A DNA stretch of 64,000 bases from a candidate division FCPU426 bacterium. Its GTDB lineage: Bacteria > Oederibacteriota > Muellerivitia > Muellerivitales > Muellerivitaceae. Of the stretch, positions 1 through 7,513 are shown in pieces. Under the pieces are notes generated by a model that had not been told where the DNA came from, did no database searches, and was given only the letters and a program-made list of their open reading frames with translations. Position numbers and translations under genes: made by a program. Each line of letters begins with the position of its first letter. Within the stretch, counting starts at the first letter, position 1. The stretch covers positions 288,001-352,000 of the forward strand of contig CAVYSE010000011.1 of NCBI GenBank assembly GCA_963771075.1, read 5' to 3'.

Positions 1-576
1 TACGACAGGTTTTGTGACGCCACCGAACGTGAAAAACCCCTGGACGGATTTATTCAATATAAACAACAGCCCCACTGGGGAAGGGGACAAAGGCCGGCCC
101 TTAACGTTACTTGGAAAGAGGCGGTTGCCTACTGCAAGTGGGCCGGGGGCCGCCTACCCACCGAAGCCGAATGGGAAAAAGCCGCGCGGGGTGGAACGGG
201 TACCATTTATTGTTGGGGAAACGACGCTGGCAAGACGGAGGATTACGCCTGTTTTGGTGATATTTCCAGACACATGACCTTTCCCGTAGGGCAATTCAAA
301 CCCAACGGTTATGGGCTTTACGACATTGTGGGAGAACTTTGGGAATGGGTGTTGGATTGGTACGACCCGCAATATTATTCCGAAAGCCCGGAAAGGAACC
401 CAGCCGGGCCCGATTCGGGTAATCTCAAGGTTTTGCGCGGAGGCTCCTTCGCCAACGGTTCGGATTGCCTGGCGGTGGCCCACCGGGCCGGATGGGACCC
501 GGAAAAACAGGATGGTTTCGTGGAATTTGTCGGTCATGTTTACGAACATGGCTGCCGTTGTGTCCAAACGCCTTAG
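1..576 (+). CDS. Formylglycine-generating enzyme (FGE-sulfatase/SUMF1) domain protein, 5'-truncated by window
   Basis: Frame 1 is open from base 1: ...[34 protein letters not shown]...[27 protein letters not shown]...VLRGGSF...GCRCV, the canonical FGE-domain motifs. Confidence 0.9.
   Translation, partial: YDRFCDATEREKPLDGFIQYKQQPHWGRGQRPALNVTWKEAVAYCKWAGGRLPTEAEWEKAARGGTGTIYCWGNDAGKTEDYACFGDISRHMTFPVGQFKPNGYGLYDIVGELWEWVLDWYDPQYYSESPERNPAGPDSGNLKVLRGGSFANGSDCLAVAHRAGWDPEKQDGFVEFVGHVYEHGCRCVQTP
532..573 (+). repeat. 42-bp direct repeat copy 1 (last 14 codons of the FGE gene)
   Basis: 35/42 identical to 1032-1073, counted by eye. Confidence 0.85.
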
Positions 577-605
577 CTCTTTCCTGAATTTGCAGATGAA
601 GGTTA

Positions 606-636
606 CCCCCCCTTTTAAAAAAGGGGGGAGGGGGGG
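606..636. repeat. REP-like palindrome CCCCCCTTTT-AA-AAAAGGGGGG followed by a G-run
   Basis: Hairpin-forming; a related copy lies at 1002-1022 on the other side of the DUF559 gene. Confidence 0.7.
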
Positions 637-638
637 TA

Positions 639-995
639 TTAGCCTTCGATGACCGCCTTGAGAATCTTCTCTAAAACCGCTTTGGTATCCCCCAACACTT
701 GATGGTTATCAAAGCGAAACACCTGCAGGCCACGTTCCTTCGAAAACGAGGCCCGAAGGGCATCCTTATCTTTTCCTTCACGGTGGAAATGCTGACCGCC
801 GTCTAATTCAATGACCAGCGCGGCCTTGGAACAATAGAAATCCACAATATATCCGCCAATTATCCTTTGCCGGTAAAAGCAAGCCCCCGCCAGCTGCTTG
901 CGACGAAGACGAGACCAGAGAAGGCGTTCGGCATCCGTCATATTACGGCGTAATTTCTTGGCGACCGAAGTCAGGCCCCGGCGGTAAGTCAACAT
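639..995 (-). CDS. DUF559 (Vsr-like PD-(D/E)xK) endonuclease-domain protein
   Basis: AKKLRRNMTDAERLLWSRLRRKQL...FYRQRIIGGYIVDFYC...LVIELDGGQH; start at ATG 995 (MLTYRR). Confidence 0.88.
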   Translation of the reverse strand: MLTYRRGLTSVAKKLRRNMTDAERLLWSRLRRKQLAGACFYRQRIIGGYIVDFYCSKAALVIELDGGQHFHREGKDKDALRASFSKERGLQVFRFDNHQVLGDTKAVLEKILKAVIEG

Positions 996-1001
996 CGAAT
1001 A

Positions 1002-1022
1002 CCCCCCTTTTCCAAAGGGGGG
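1002..1022. repeat. REP-like palindrome CCCCCCTTT-TCC-AAAGGGGGG
   Basis: Second flank of the DUF559 gene. Confidence 0.7.
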
Positions 1023-1031
1023 ATAGTCAAT

Positions 1032-1073
1032 GGCCATGTTATTGAACATGGCTGCCGTTGCGCGCAAACGCCT
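1032..1073 (+). repeat. 42-bp direct repeat copy 2: orphan 3' end of an FGE paralogue (GHVIEHGCRCAQTP)
   Basis: Matches 532-573, exactly 500 bp downstream. Confidence 0.85.
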
Positions 1074-1134
1074 CAAATTACGAAAACTTATTACCGCGAA
1101 GACGCGAGGAAAATTGATAACCAAAGATAACGTC

Positions 1135-1230
1135 TAGCGAAATTTTAACGTCATTCTCTGGAATTATAACTGGCTGCTAACGATTCTGTCGTTCCTCCTA
1201 ACAACGGCCTAACCCTCCCCAAAATATAAT
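1135..1230 (+). promoter_or_regulatory. Phased direct-repeat array (3 pairs of TA(A/G)C-N7-TAAC, 32-bp period) plus -10 TATAAT
   Basis: Half-sites at 1135/1146, 1167/1178 and 1199/1210; TATAAT at 1225. Confidence 0.7.
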
Positions 1231-1384
1231 TCTTCATGTATACCGGGATTATTTGAAAAAGGTCCTAGGGAAAGACCTCCCGGCCACGGCGAAAATTTCT
1301 GCTTGGAAATTGGAAGAGGCAAAAGAAACCCTCCCGAGCCTTTGCCTATGACCACGAAAAGCTGGTATTCGGAAGAGGCTGTTC

Positions 1385-1481
1385 TAACGGCTTCTTAACA
1401 AGTACTCCCGTTCTTATAACGGCAACATAACGCCGATCAAGCCCCTTCTAACAGCAAGCTAACCCCCCCTGGACGTATATT
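1385..1481 (+). promoter_or_regulatory. Phased direct-repeat array (3 pairs of TAAC-N7-TAAC, 32-bp period) plus -10 TATATT
   Basis: TAAC at 1385/1396, 1417/1428 and 1449/1460; TATATT at 1476. Confidence 0.75.
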
Positions 1482-1510
1482 TTTCCTGAAGCAAAAACGA
1501 GGAGGGTTCC

Positions 1511-1606
1511 ATGACACCGCAACTACTGATTTCCGTGGGAATGTCGTTGACTGTCGCTGGCCTGGCCTGCATGGCCTATATCCAGCTTTTCTGGAAAGAG
1601 AATTAA
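1511..1606 (+). CDS. Small single-TM peptide, 31 aa (MTPQLLISVGMSLTVAGLACMAYIQLFWKEN)
   Basis: Strong SD GAGGAGG upstream, hydrophobic helix, directly behind a predicted promoter; too short for the ORF track. Confidence 0.65.
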   Translation: MTPQLLISVGMSLTVAGLACMAYIQLFWKEN

Positions 1607-1701
1607 AGGATCCCAGGGCGGAGGGGAACGGGCACCCCTGAAAGCCTTGGTAAAAATGTAAAGAATGCCTGACGCAAATAGTCTTCATAAGGAGGACTCA
1701 G

Positions 1702-2145
1702 ATGAAAAATTTAAACAAAACGACAACCTTAGCGCTGGCCATGGCTATGGTGTTCGGGATAACCACCCTGAGTTTCGCCGGTAATCACCCGGCCTTGACC
1801 TATCCCCAAGGGGCGATTGCCACCTCGGATTCCCCGGCGCAAGTGGCCGAGACGAATCCATGGCACAAAGGCGCGCTTAAGTACGCTTCGGGGCTCGTCG
1901 TTTTCGGGCCTTGGTACACGAGTTGCCCCGTTAGTCACGCGGCGCTTAATTCCAAGCATCCGGGTGTCGTTGTCGCCTTGTCGAACGGGAAGTTGATCCT
2001 GCTGGCCAGCGCCGGGTTGAAAGGCGAAGTGGAGGCGAATCCCGGAAAATACGCCGCTTATATGTATGGTACGGCGTCGAGCGATAGGGCCTCCGACATT
2101 CATATGGCGGATGCCGCGGGTTCTACCGGGAATCAGAAGGACTAA
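1702..2145 (+). CDS. Secreted/periplasmic hypothetical protein
   Basis: SD AAGGAGG; signal peptide MKNLNKTTTLALAMAMVFGITTLSFA. Confidence 0.75.
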   Translation: MKNLNKTTTLALAMAMVFGITTLSFAGNHPALTYPQGAIATSDSPAQVAETNPWHKGALKYASGLVVFGPWYTSCPVSHAALNSKHPGVVVALSNGKLILLASAGLKGEVEANPGKYAAYMYGTASSDRASDIHMADAAGSTGNQKD

Positions 2146-2215
2146 CGCTTTCCACCAAAGCGTATTTGCGATAAGGACCGGGGTGGAGTTGGTTCCCGGT
2201 CCTGGAAATTCCTGA

Positions 2216-2249
2216 GGGGCGCGCGGAAATCCGCCGCCCCTTTTTGTTT
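2216..2249 (+). terminator. Intrinsic terminator-like hairpin just upstream of the PII cluster
   Basis: GGGGCGCGCGGA-AA-TCCGCCGCCCC followed by TTTTTGTTT. Confidence 0.6.
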
Positions 2250-2280
2250 ATCCTGTGAAAATCAGATGGAGGGGATCATC

Positions 2281-2655
2281 ATGAAAAAAATCGAGGCGAT
2301 TATCCGGCCCGCCAAATTCGAGGACGTCAAGGCGGCGTTGAAGGAAGCGGGTTACGGCGGATTGACCGTAACCGAGGTGGAGGGGCACGGGATGCAAAAG
2401 GGAGTCACCCAGCAGTGGCGGGGCCGTCAATACAAGGCGGAGCTCCTGCCCAAGATCAAGCTTGAGATCGTATGTCCCGCGAACGAGAAGGACAAAATTC
2501 TCAAGGCCATTATGCGAAGCGCCTACACGGGCCAGGTGGGGGATGGGAAGATCTTCGTTTATGAGGTAGGCGAGGCCTACCGGATCAGCAGCGGGGAATC
2601 GGGCGAGAAGGTCGTCATGCAGGAAAAAGAAACCAGGACGATGGCGGTACTCTGA
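2281..2655 (+). CDS. PII family signal transduction protein 1
   Basis: MKKIEAIIRP...GHGMQKG...WRGRQY...LLPKIKLEIV...TGQVGDGKIFV; SD GGAGG before ATG 2281. Confidence 0.93.
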   Translation: MKKIEAIIRPAKFEDVKAALKEAGYGGLTVTEVEGHGMQKGVTQQWRGRQYKAELLPKIKLEIVCPANEKDKILKAIMRSAYTGQVGDGKIFVYEVGEAYRISSGESGEKVVMQEKETRTMAVL

Positions 2656-2676
2656 AAAACAGATTGGCGGTTTATC

Positions 2677-3063
2677 ATGTTAAAAATCGAAGCCATTATC
2701 CGGCCTGAAAGATTAGAGCTGGTCTGCGCGAAATTGAAGCGGGTGGGTTACCCGGGAATGATGGTGATGGAAATGGAAGGCCATGGGCGCCAAGGAGGCC
2801 TTCATTCCCATTGGCCGGCGGATTTGCGGATCCAATTTCTTCCCAAAGTGAGGATCGAGATCGTGATAGAAAACAAGGACCAGTTAAAAGTCATCAAGGC
2901 CATCCTTTCGGGTGCAAAGACCGGGGAAGAAGGAGATGGAAAGATATTTATCACCGAAATCAAGGAAGCCATCCGGATCCGCACCGGAGAAAGGGGCGTG
3001 AGCGCCCTTTCCCAGGAAAAGATCCAGCAACCCAAAAAGCAGGGAGTGTTGGCCCGCAATTAG
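2677..3063 (+). CDS. PII family signal transduction protein 2 (divergent T-loop)
   Basis: KIEAIIRP...GHGRQGG...FLPKVRIEIV...TGEEGDGKIFI...AIRIRTGERG. Confidence 0.92.
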   Translation: MLKIEAIIRPERLELVCAKLKRVGYPGMMVMEMEGHGRQGGLHSHWPADLRIQFLPKVRIEIVIENKDQLKVIKAILSGAKTGEEGDGKIFITEIKEAIRIRTGERGVSALSQEKIQQPKKQGVLARN

Positions 3064-3096
3064 GAGAGATTTCTATTTAAAGGAGTAATTAAAAGT

Positions 3097-3432
3097 ATGA
3101 AACGTATTGAAGCCATCGTCCGGCCCAATGCCTTAAGGGCCGTATTGGAAAGTTTGGAAGCCATTGGATATCCGGGCGTGACGGTCCAGGAAGCCCAAGG
3201 ACATGGGACGCAGAAGGGCGCAACGGATATCTACCGCAGTCAAAGCGTCGAGGGTCTCCTCCCAAAATTGGTGGTTTCCATGGTGGTGGAGGACCCTCTC
3301 GTTGAGAAAACCATTGATTCCATCGTTAAGGCCGCACGCAAGGGTGAAATCGGGGACGGAAAGATTTTTGTTTACTCGGTCGTGGACGCGGTTCGGATTC
3401 GCACGGGCGACAGGGGCAAGGCCGCGCTCTGA
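3097..3432 (+). CDS. PII family signal transduction protein 3
   Basis: MKRIEAIVRP...GHGTQKG...LLPK...GEIGDGKIFV...AVRIRTGDRG. Confidence 0.93.
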   Translation: MKRIEAIVRPNALRAVLESLEAIGYPGVTVQEAQGHGTQKGATDIYRSQSVEGLLPKLVVSMVVEDPLVEKTIDSIVKAARKGEIGDGKIFVYSVVDAVRIRTGDRGKAAL

Positions 3433-3440
3433 TTTAGCTG

Positions 3441-3503
3441 ACAGTCCGCAGCTCGCAGTTCGCGGGAAAATCTTTAAAAGCCTAACTGCCAACTGCGTAC
3501 TAT
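3441..3503. repeat. Short heptamer tandem repeat (CAGTYCG/CAGCTCG) with a weak inverted arm; related tract at ~28999-29030
   Basis: cagtccg-cagctcg-cagttcg here versus agctcg-cagtccg-cagttcg-cagtcg at 29000. Confidence 0.55.
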
Positions 3504-3541
3504 GTTTTCCTGCGAATGGCTAACCATTACAAAGTGATCAA

Positions 3542-3973
3542 TTATCCCTTCGGTTGTTTCCCGCTGAGGATCCACACGTATAACCCGTATCCCAGAATGG
3601 CGGCCACCAGCAAAGGGCCGCATAGGAGTTTCACATCCTCCCAGTTGCCCATCATACTTACAGCCCGGGTCCATATATTCCAATGACCGGGAATCCTTCT
3701 CCAAAAGGCGGTGATAAAAAAAACGCTCCCAAGCATGACTAACATGTCGAACATATAGAGGGGACGTTCCTGTCTTTCGAATAGATGGAAAATAAAATCC
3801 GACGCCAGAAATACCGGGAGTACCGACAACGTTGTGAAAAGCCCATAGACCAATGTGTTTGGCAGGGAAGAACACCATAAATAATCTACGGTTCCCTTGG
3901 CGGCCAAGTAAAAAATATCAAAACAAGCGAACCGGACGAAAACTTTCAAGAGATACATCGGGAACCTTTCCAA
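3542..3973 (-). CDS. Hypothetical integral membrane protein (~4 TM)
   Basis: Several hydrophobic segments; start uncertain. Confidence 0.55.
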   Translation of the reverse strand: MERFPMYLLKVFVRFACFDIFYLAAKGTVDYLWCSSLPNTLVYGLFTTLSVLPVFLASDFIFHLFERQERPLYMFDMLVMLGSVFFITAFWRRIPGHWNIWTRAVSMMGNWEDVKLLCGPLLVAAILGYGLYVWILSGKQPKG

Positions 3974-4113
3974 TCAAAAATACTCGCCTCGTGACGATTC
4001 ATCCTAGTGCGCCGCCTGGCGTTTGAACAACCGGATTATATTATTTTCCCGCAAGAGAAATGTTTTTAATACTTTCCTAATTTTTCACCCGCCTGATGCC
4101 GCCTTATTGAAAT

Positions 4114-4197
4114 TAACATTTGTTAATTTACATTAATATTTTCCTAACGTTTCCCGCCAACTTCTAACAGCAACCTAACGCGCGCCCGCAGTACACT
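4114..4197 (+). promoter_or_regulatory. Third TAAC-N7-TAAC promoter plus -10 TACACT
   Basis: Half-sites at 4114, 4134/4145 and 4165/4176; CTTCTAACAGCAACCTAAC is 18/19 identical to 1445-1463; TACACT at 4192. Confidence 0.72.
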
Positions 4198-4203
4198 TCC
4201 GCC

Positions 4204-4821
4204 ATGAAGAATTCACATTTGTTAATTTTGATGAGCGAGACGAAACTTTCGCCCGAGCAATTGGCGAAGAGACTGGGGATCTCCAACATGTCCATCCGCC
4301 GCTGGATGAAAAATTCTCCGAACGCGAAGGTACCGGCGATCTACGAAAAGACGGTTTGGGACGCCGTCTACCAGATGGTCGCGGAGGGAATGCTTTCACC
4401 CGAATCAGCTTTCGTCCGGAAGGCCGTGAAGGAAAGCCAGCGGTTTTATTTCAGGGCCGCCATCAAGAGCCTGGGCTTCAAGGGGACGACGCGGGGAAAA
4501 GCGAAGTTCTCGGTGAATTCCATCATGAAGGGGCTTTCCGAGATCGGGGCCCAGGAAGGGCACCAAACGGTCGTGGAAAAGGATAAAAAGAAAATCAATT
4601 CATTCATCAGGCTGGGACGGGATTGGAAAGAAAGAATCACCGCCTTGATGAAAGTGACCGCCAGTCAAAGCCTTTCCGAAAGGGACAAGCTCGTGGCCTA
4701 TGGGGCGTTGTTTTACCTGCTCTGCCCTTTGGACCTGATCCCGGATAACGTTCCGGTGTTTGGGATGATGGACGATTACTGCGTGCTGGGTTTGGCGGCT
4801 GCGCATTACGCCGAAAAATAA
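4204..4821 (+). CDS. XRE-like HTH fused to a DUF1232 (YkvA) domain
   Basis: LSPEQLAKRLGISNMSIRRW (HTH); C-terminal YGALFYLLCPLDLIPDNVPVFGMMDD (DUF1232 signature). Confidence 0.8.
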   Translation: MKNSHLLILMSETKLSPEQLAKRLGISNMSIRRWMKNSPNAKVPAIYEKTVWDAVYQMVAEGMLSPESAFVRKAVKESQRFYFRAAIKSLGFKGTTRGKAKFSVNSIMKGLSEIGAQEGHQTVVEKDKKKINSFIRLGRDWKERITALMKVTASQSLSERDKLVAYGALFYLLCPLDLIPDNVPVFGMMDDYCVLGLAAAHYAEK

Positions 4822-4846
4822 AAAATTTTGTTCAGGTGAGTGGACC

Positions 4847-6370
4847 ATGAAAAAAATTCTATATGGATTCAGCCTAACGATTTGGGGCTTGGCCTGCGGG
4901 GCTGGCGCCCAAACCTTGACCCTGGAGCAGGCCATCCGGTCCACCTGGGAGAATTCGTCCCAGTTACAGGCCCAAAAGGCCCTGGCGGGCATCTATTCGG
5001 ATGATACCTGGAGGCGGTTTGTGCCGGCGGAACCCAGCTTTTCCTATACGGACGACTACAGCGAGACCTTCTATACCCTGGGGCTTTCCCTGACCTACCC
5101 CTTCCCCTTGAAGAGCATCATCATGAACCAGCTGGACTGCGCAAACGCCGAACAACAAAGGTTCGAACTCACCGCCCAAAAATACGATTTGGCGGTCGCC
5201 ATCGCCCAGGCCTACATGAATGGTGCCACCGCCCAGGCCATGATCGAGTTCCAGAGGCAGAACGTGCAGGACCTGGAAACCATCACCGAGGCTATCCGCC
5301 TCCAATACGTGCATGGGCAGTCCAACCAGACCCAAAAGATCAGCGCCGAACTGCAGTTGACCCAGGCCCAAAGGGATCTCAAGACCGCCCAGGACCAACT
5401 GTCGACGGCCGTGGAATTGTACGCCCGGCTCATGAAAATTCCCCCCGTCCAGGTGACGGGTTTCGAATTGCCGGAGGACGTCCCTCCCTCCATCATCCGT
5501 GAATTGGGTGACCGAACTTCCGGGCAATTAAGGGATAAGGCCAATGTGGACGTGAATGAGGCCACCCGGGCCACCGGATTTTGGAACCAGTTTCCGGACC
5601 CGACTTTCAGCTTCAACAAGGATTACTACAACCCCAACAACTCGATTGTGCCTTTAAACGACAGTCCCACCCAGCAGCCCAGTGACTATAACTGGACCAT
5701 TTCCTTTACCCTCCCCATCCTGTTTCCCGTGCACGAGGTGGCGGAAGCCCAGCGCACCGAGAACCAGGGGGTCGTCGCCCGGGAACAGGCCAAATTGCAG
5801 TTGATCCAGGACAACTCGGCCCAGGAGGCTGGGGTGCTCGATTACAAGCGCAGTGTGGTCCGGTTCCGCCAATTGCATGACCGGGACCTGCTCCTGGCCG
5901 AGACCATGAGACAGGCCGCGGTGGAGGCCTATAAAAGAGGCCAGCTCCATTTCGCGGACCTGATGCTGGCCCGGCAGACCTACGCCAGCCTGAAGACCGA
6001 GGATATCCAGATCCGCCAGGAAATCGTCACCGCTCACCTGGCCGGATTAAGGGAATTATCGAAGAACCCTGAAACCGACGCTTCCATTCAAACGCAATCC
6101 ATCCCGGCTAACAACAACCCTCAAGTCTCCTCCGCGGCTGGGCCCGCTTCAACGAATCCAACCGCAACAGCGGTTCCGGCGCCCGTTCATCTATTGGGTG
6201 CGCCGGACGTAACCGGTGAAATTCCGGGCTCAAAACAGGATGTAAAACCCGCGGCCGAACCAGCCGCGAAAGAAAACCCAACAGACGAGGGCGAAACCAG
6301 TCAAGCCATCCCCCTGGCGACGCCCACGGCAGGAATAACGGCCGGGGATGACTCAAAAGAAACAAAGTAA
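4847..6370 (+). CDS. TolC-family outer membrane efflux protein (CzcC-like) with a low-complexity C-terminal tail
   Basis: Signal peptide, LTLEQAI start, coiled-coil repeats, AYKRGQLHFADLMLARQ; precedes MFP and RND genes. Confidence 0.85.
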   Translation: MKKILYGFSLTIWGLACGAGAQTLTLEQAIRSTWENSSQLQAQKALAGIYSDDTWRRFVPAEPSFSYTDDYSETFYTLGLSLTYPFPLKSIIMNQLDCANAEQQRFELTAQKYDLAVAIAQAYMNGATAQAMIEFQRQNVQDLETITEAIRLQYVHGQSNQTQKISAELQLTQAQRDLKTAQDQLSTAVELYARLMKIPPVQVTGFELPEDVPPSIIRELGDRTSGQLRDKANVDVNEATRATGFWNQFPDPTFSFNKDYYNPNNSIVPLNDSPTQQPSDYNWTISFTLPILFPVHEVAEAQRTENQGVVAREQAKLQLIQDNSAQEAGVLDYKRSVVRFRQLHDRDLLLAETMRQAAVEAYKRGQLHFADLMLARQTYASLKTEDIQIRQEIVTAHLAGLRELSKNPETDASIQTQSIPANNNPQVSSAAGPASTNPTATAVPAPVHLLGAPDVTGEIPGSKQDVKPAAEPAAKENPTDEGETSQAIPLATPTAGITAGDDSKETK

Positions 6371-6388
6371 GTCTATTTTTAAGGAGAG

Positions 6389-7351
6389 GTGACGAAAATG
6401 AAAACACTACAAGCAATCCTGCTGGCGGGGACATTGGCGATCGGAGCCAGGGCCTGGGCCAATGAATACCAATGGGCCAAGGTGATGGCTGGGGAAGAAA
6501 CGACGGGAATCCGAACGACGGGAAAGATCATTCCCCAGGCGGGAGCCTTGAAGAGCCTGTCGGCCAATACCCAGGGCCGGATCATTTCCGTCCTCAAGAA
6601 AGAAGGGGACGAGGTCGAGCCGGGCGACCCGATCTTCCTGGTCAACGACTCGGAATGCGAGGCCTTGGCCGAAGAGAAGCTTTTGGCCCGGAAAAACGGC
6701 GTCGAGGACCTGATCAAAGCGGCCAACCAGCGGGAAAAGGAATTGGGCGTCAAGGTGGAACAAGGCAAGTACGAGATCGTCTCACTCTATAAGGGGGTGA
6801 TCCTCCAAAACCTCGTCAGCGCGGGGACCATCTACAGCCAGGGCCAGCCCCTGGTCAATATCCTGGATATGCACCGTCTCACGGTGGAATTGGATTTCGC
6901 GGAAAAATACGTTTCCGACCTGCACCGGGGCCAGAAGGTCGCCTTCCAGCTGGCTTCCGATTCACAGACTTCCTACAACTCGACCATCGAAACCATCGTT
7001 CCCACGATCGACCCCAACCAGCGCACCACCATCGTCCGGCTGAAGCCAGTGGCCCTGCCCGCCGAAATCAACCTTTCCGAGCTGGTTTACGGCGTGGTCC
7101 AGACCGGGGCGAGCGTACCCATCCTGAAGGTTCCTTCCACCGCCCTGGTTTTCAACCATGACAAGCAATATGTCATGAAGGGCGACGAGAAAAACCCGGT
7201 GGCGGTGGAGGTCCAGGTGGTCAACGAGACGGATGACCTGAGTTCGGTGCGGCCCGTGAACCCCGGCGAACTTAAAGATGGGGACATGGTCGCCAGCGAC
7301 GGGGGCATTTACCTGTGGGCCAAGGTTAACGGCATTTACGGTGGTAGCTGA
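6389..7351 (+). CDS. RND efflux periplasmic adaptor (membrane fusion protein)
   Basis: GRIISVLKKEGDEVEPGDPIF lipoyl-like motif, PTIDPNQRT, KVPSTALV; alternative start ATG 6398. Confidence 0.9.
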   Translation: MTKMKTLQAILLAGTLAIGARAWANEYQWAKVMAGEETTGIRTTGKIIPQAGALKSLSANTQGRIISVLKKEGDEVEPGDPIFLVNDSECEALAEEKLLARKNGVEDLIKAANQREKELGVKVEQGKYEIVSLYKGVILQNLVSAGTIYSQGQPLVNILDMHRLTVELDFAEKYVSDLHRGQKVAFQLASDSQTSYNSTIETIVPTIDPNQRTTIVRLKPVALPAEINLSELVYGVVQTGASVPILKVPSTALVFNHDKQYVMKGDEKNPVAVEVQVVNETDDLSSVRPVNPGELKDGDMVASDGGIYLWAKVNGIYGGS

Positions 7352-7361
7352 TACGAAATAA

Positions 7362-7465
7362 ATCTACCCCCAAGGCACAAAGGCTCCAAGAAAGGCAATA
7401 AGTGTAAACCCGCAAATCAATGCTTTGACTCGGTTTTTCTTGGTGACTTGGTGTTTTAGTGGTTA
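7362..7465. repeat. Intergenic inverted-repeat element (CCAAG/CAAAG arm ... CTTGG arm)
   Basis: caaggcacaaaggctccaagaaa ... tttcttggtgacttggtgttttagtgg. Confidence 0.6.
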
Positions 7466-7513
7466 ACAAAGTCTTTTTTGGGGGATGACGGACAAAGCGT
7501 AAAAGGATCTAAC

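Noticed and set aside
532..1073. Diversity-generating retroelement VR/TR pair (FGE-fold genes are typical DGR targets)
   Set aside because: The repeat is only 42 bp, mismatches are not adenine-specific, and there is no reverse transcriptase in the window
2281..3432. Naming the PII genes glnB, glnK or nifI
   Set aside because: No amtB, glnA or nif context and divergent loops; orthology cannot be assigned by eye
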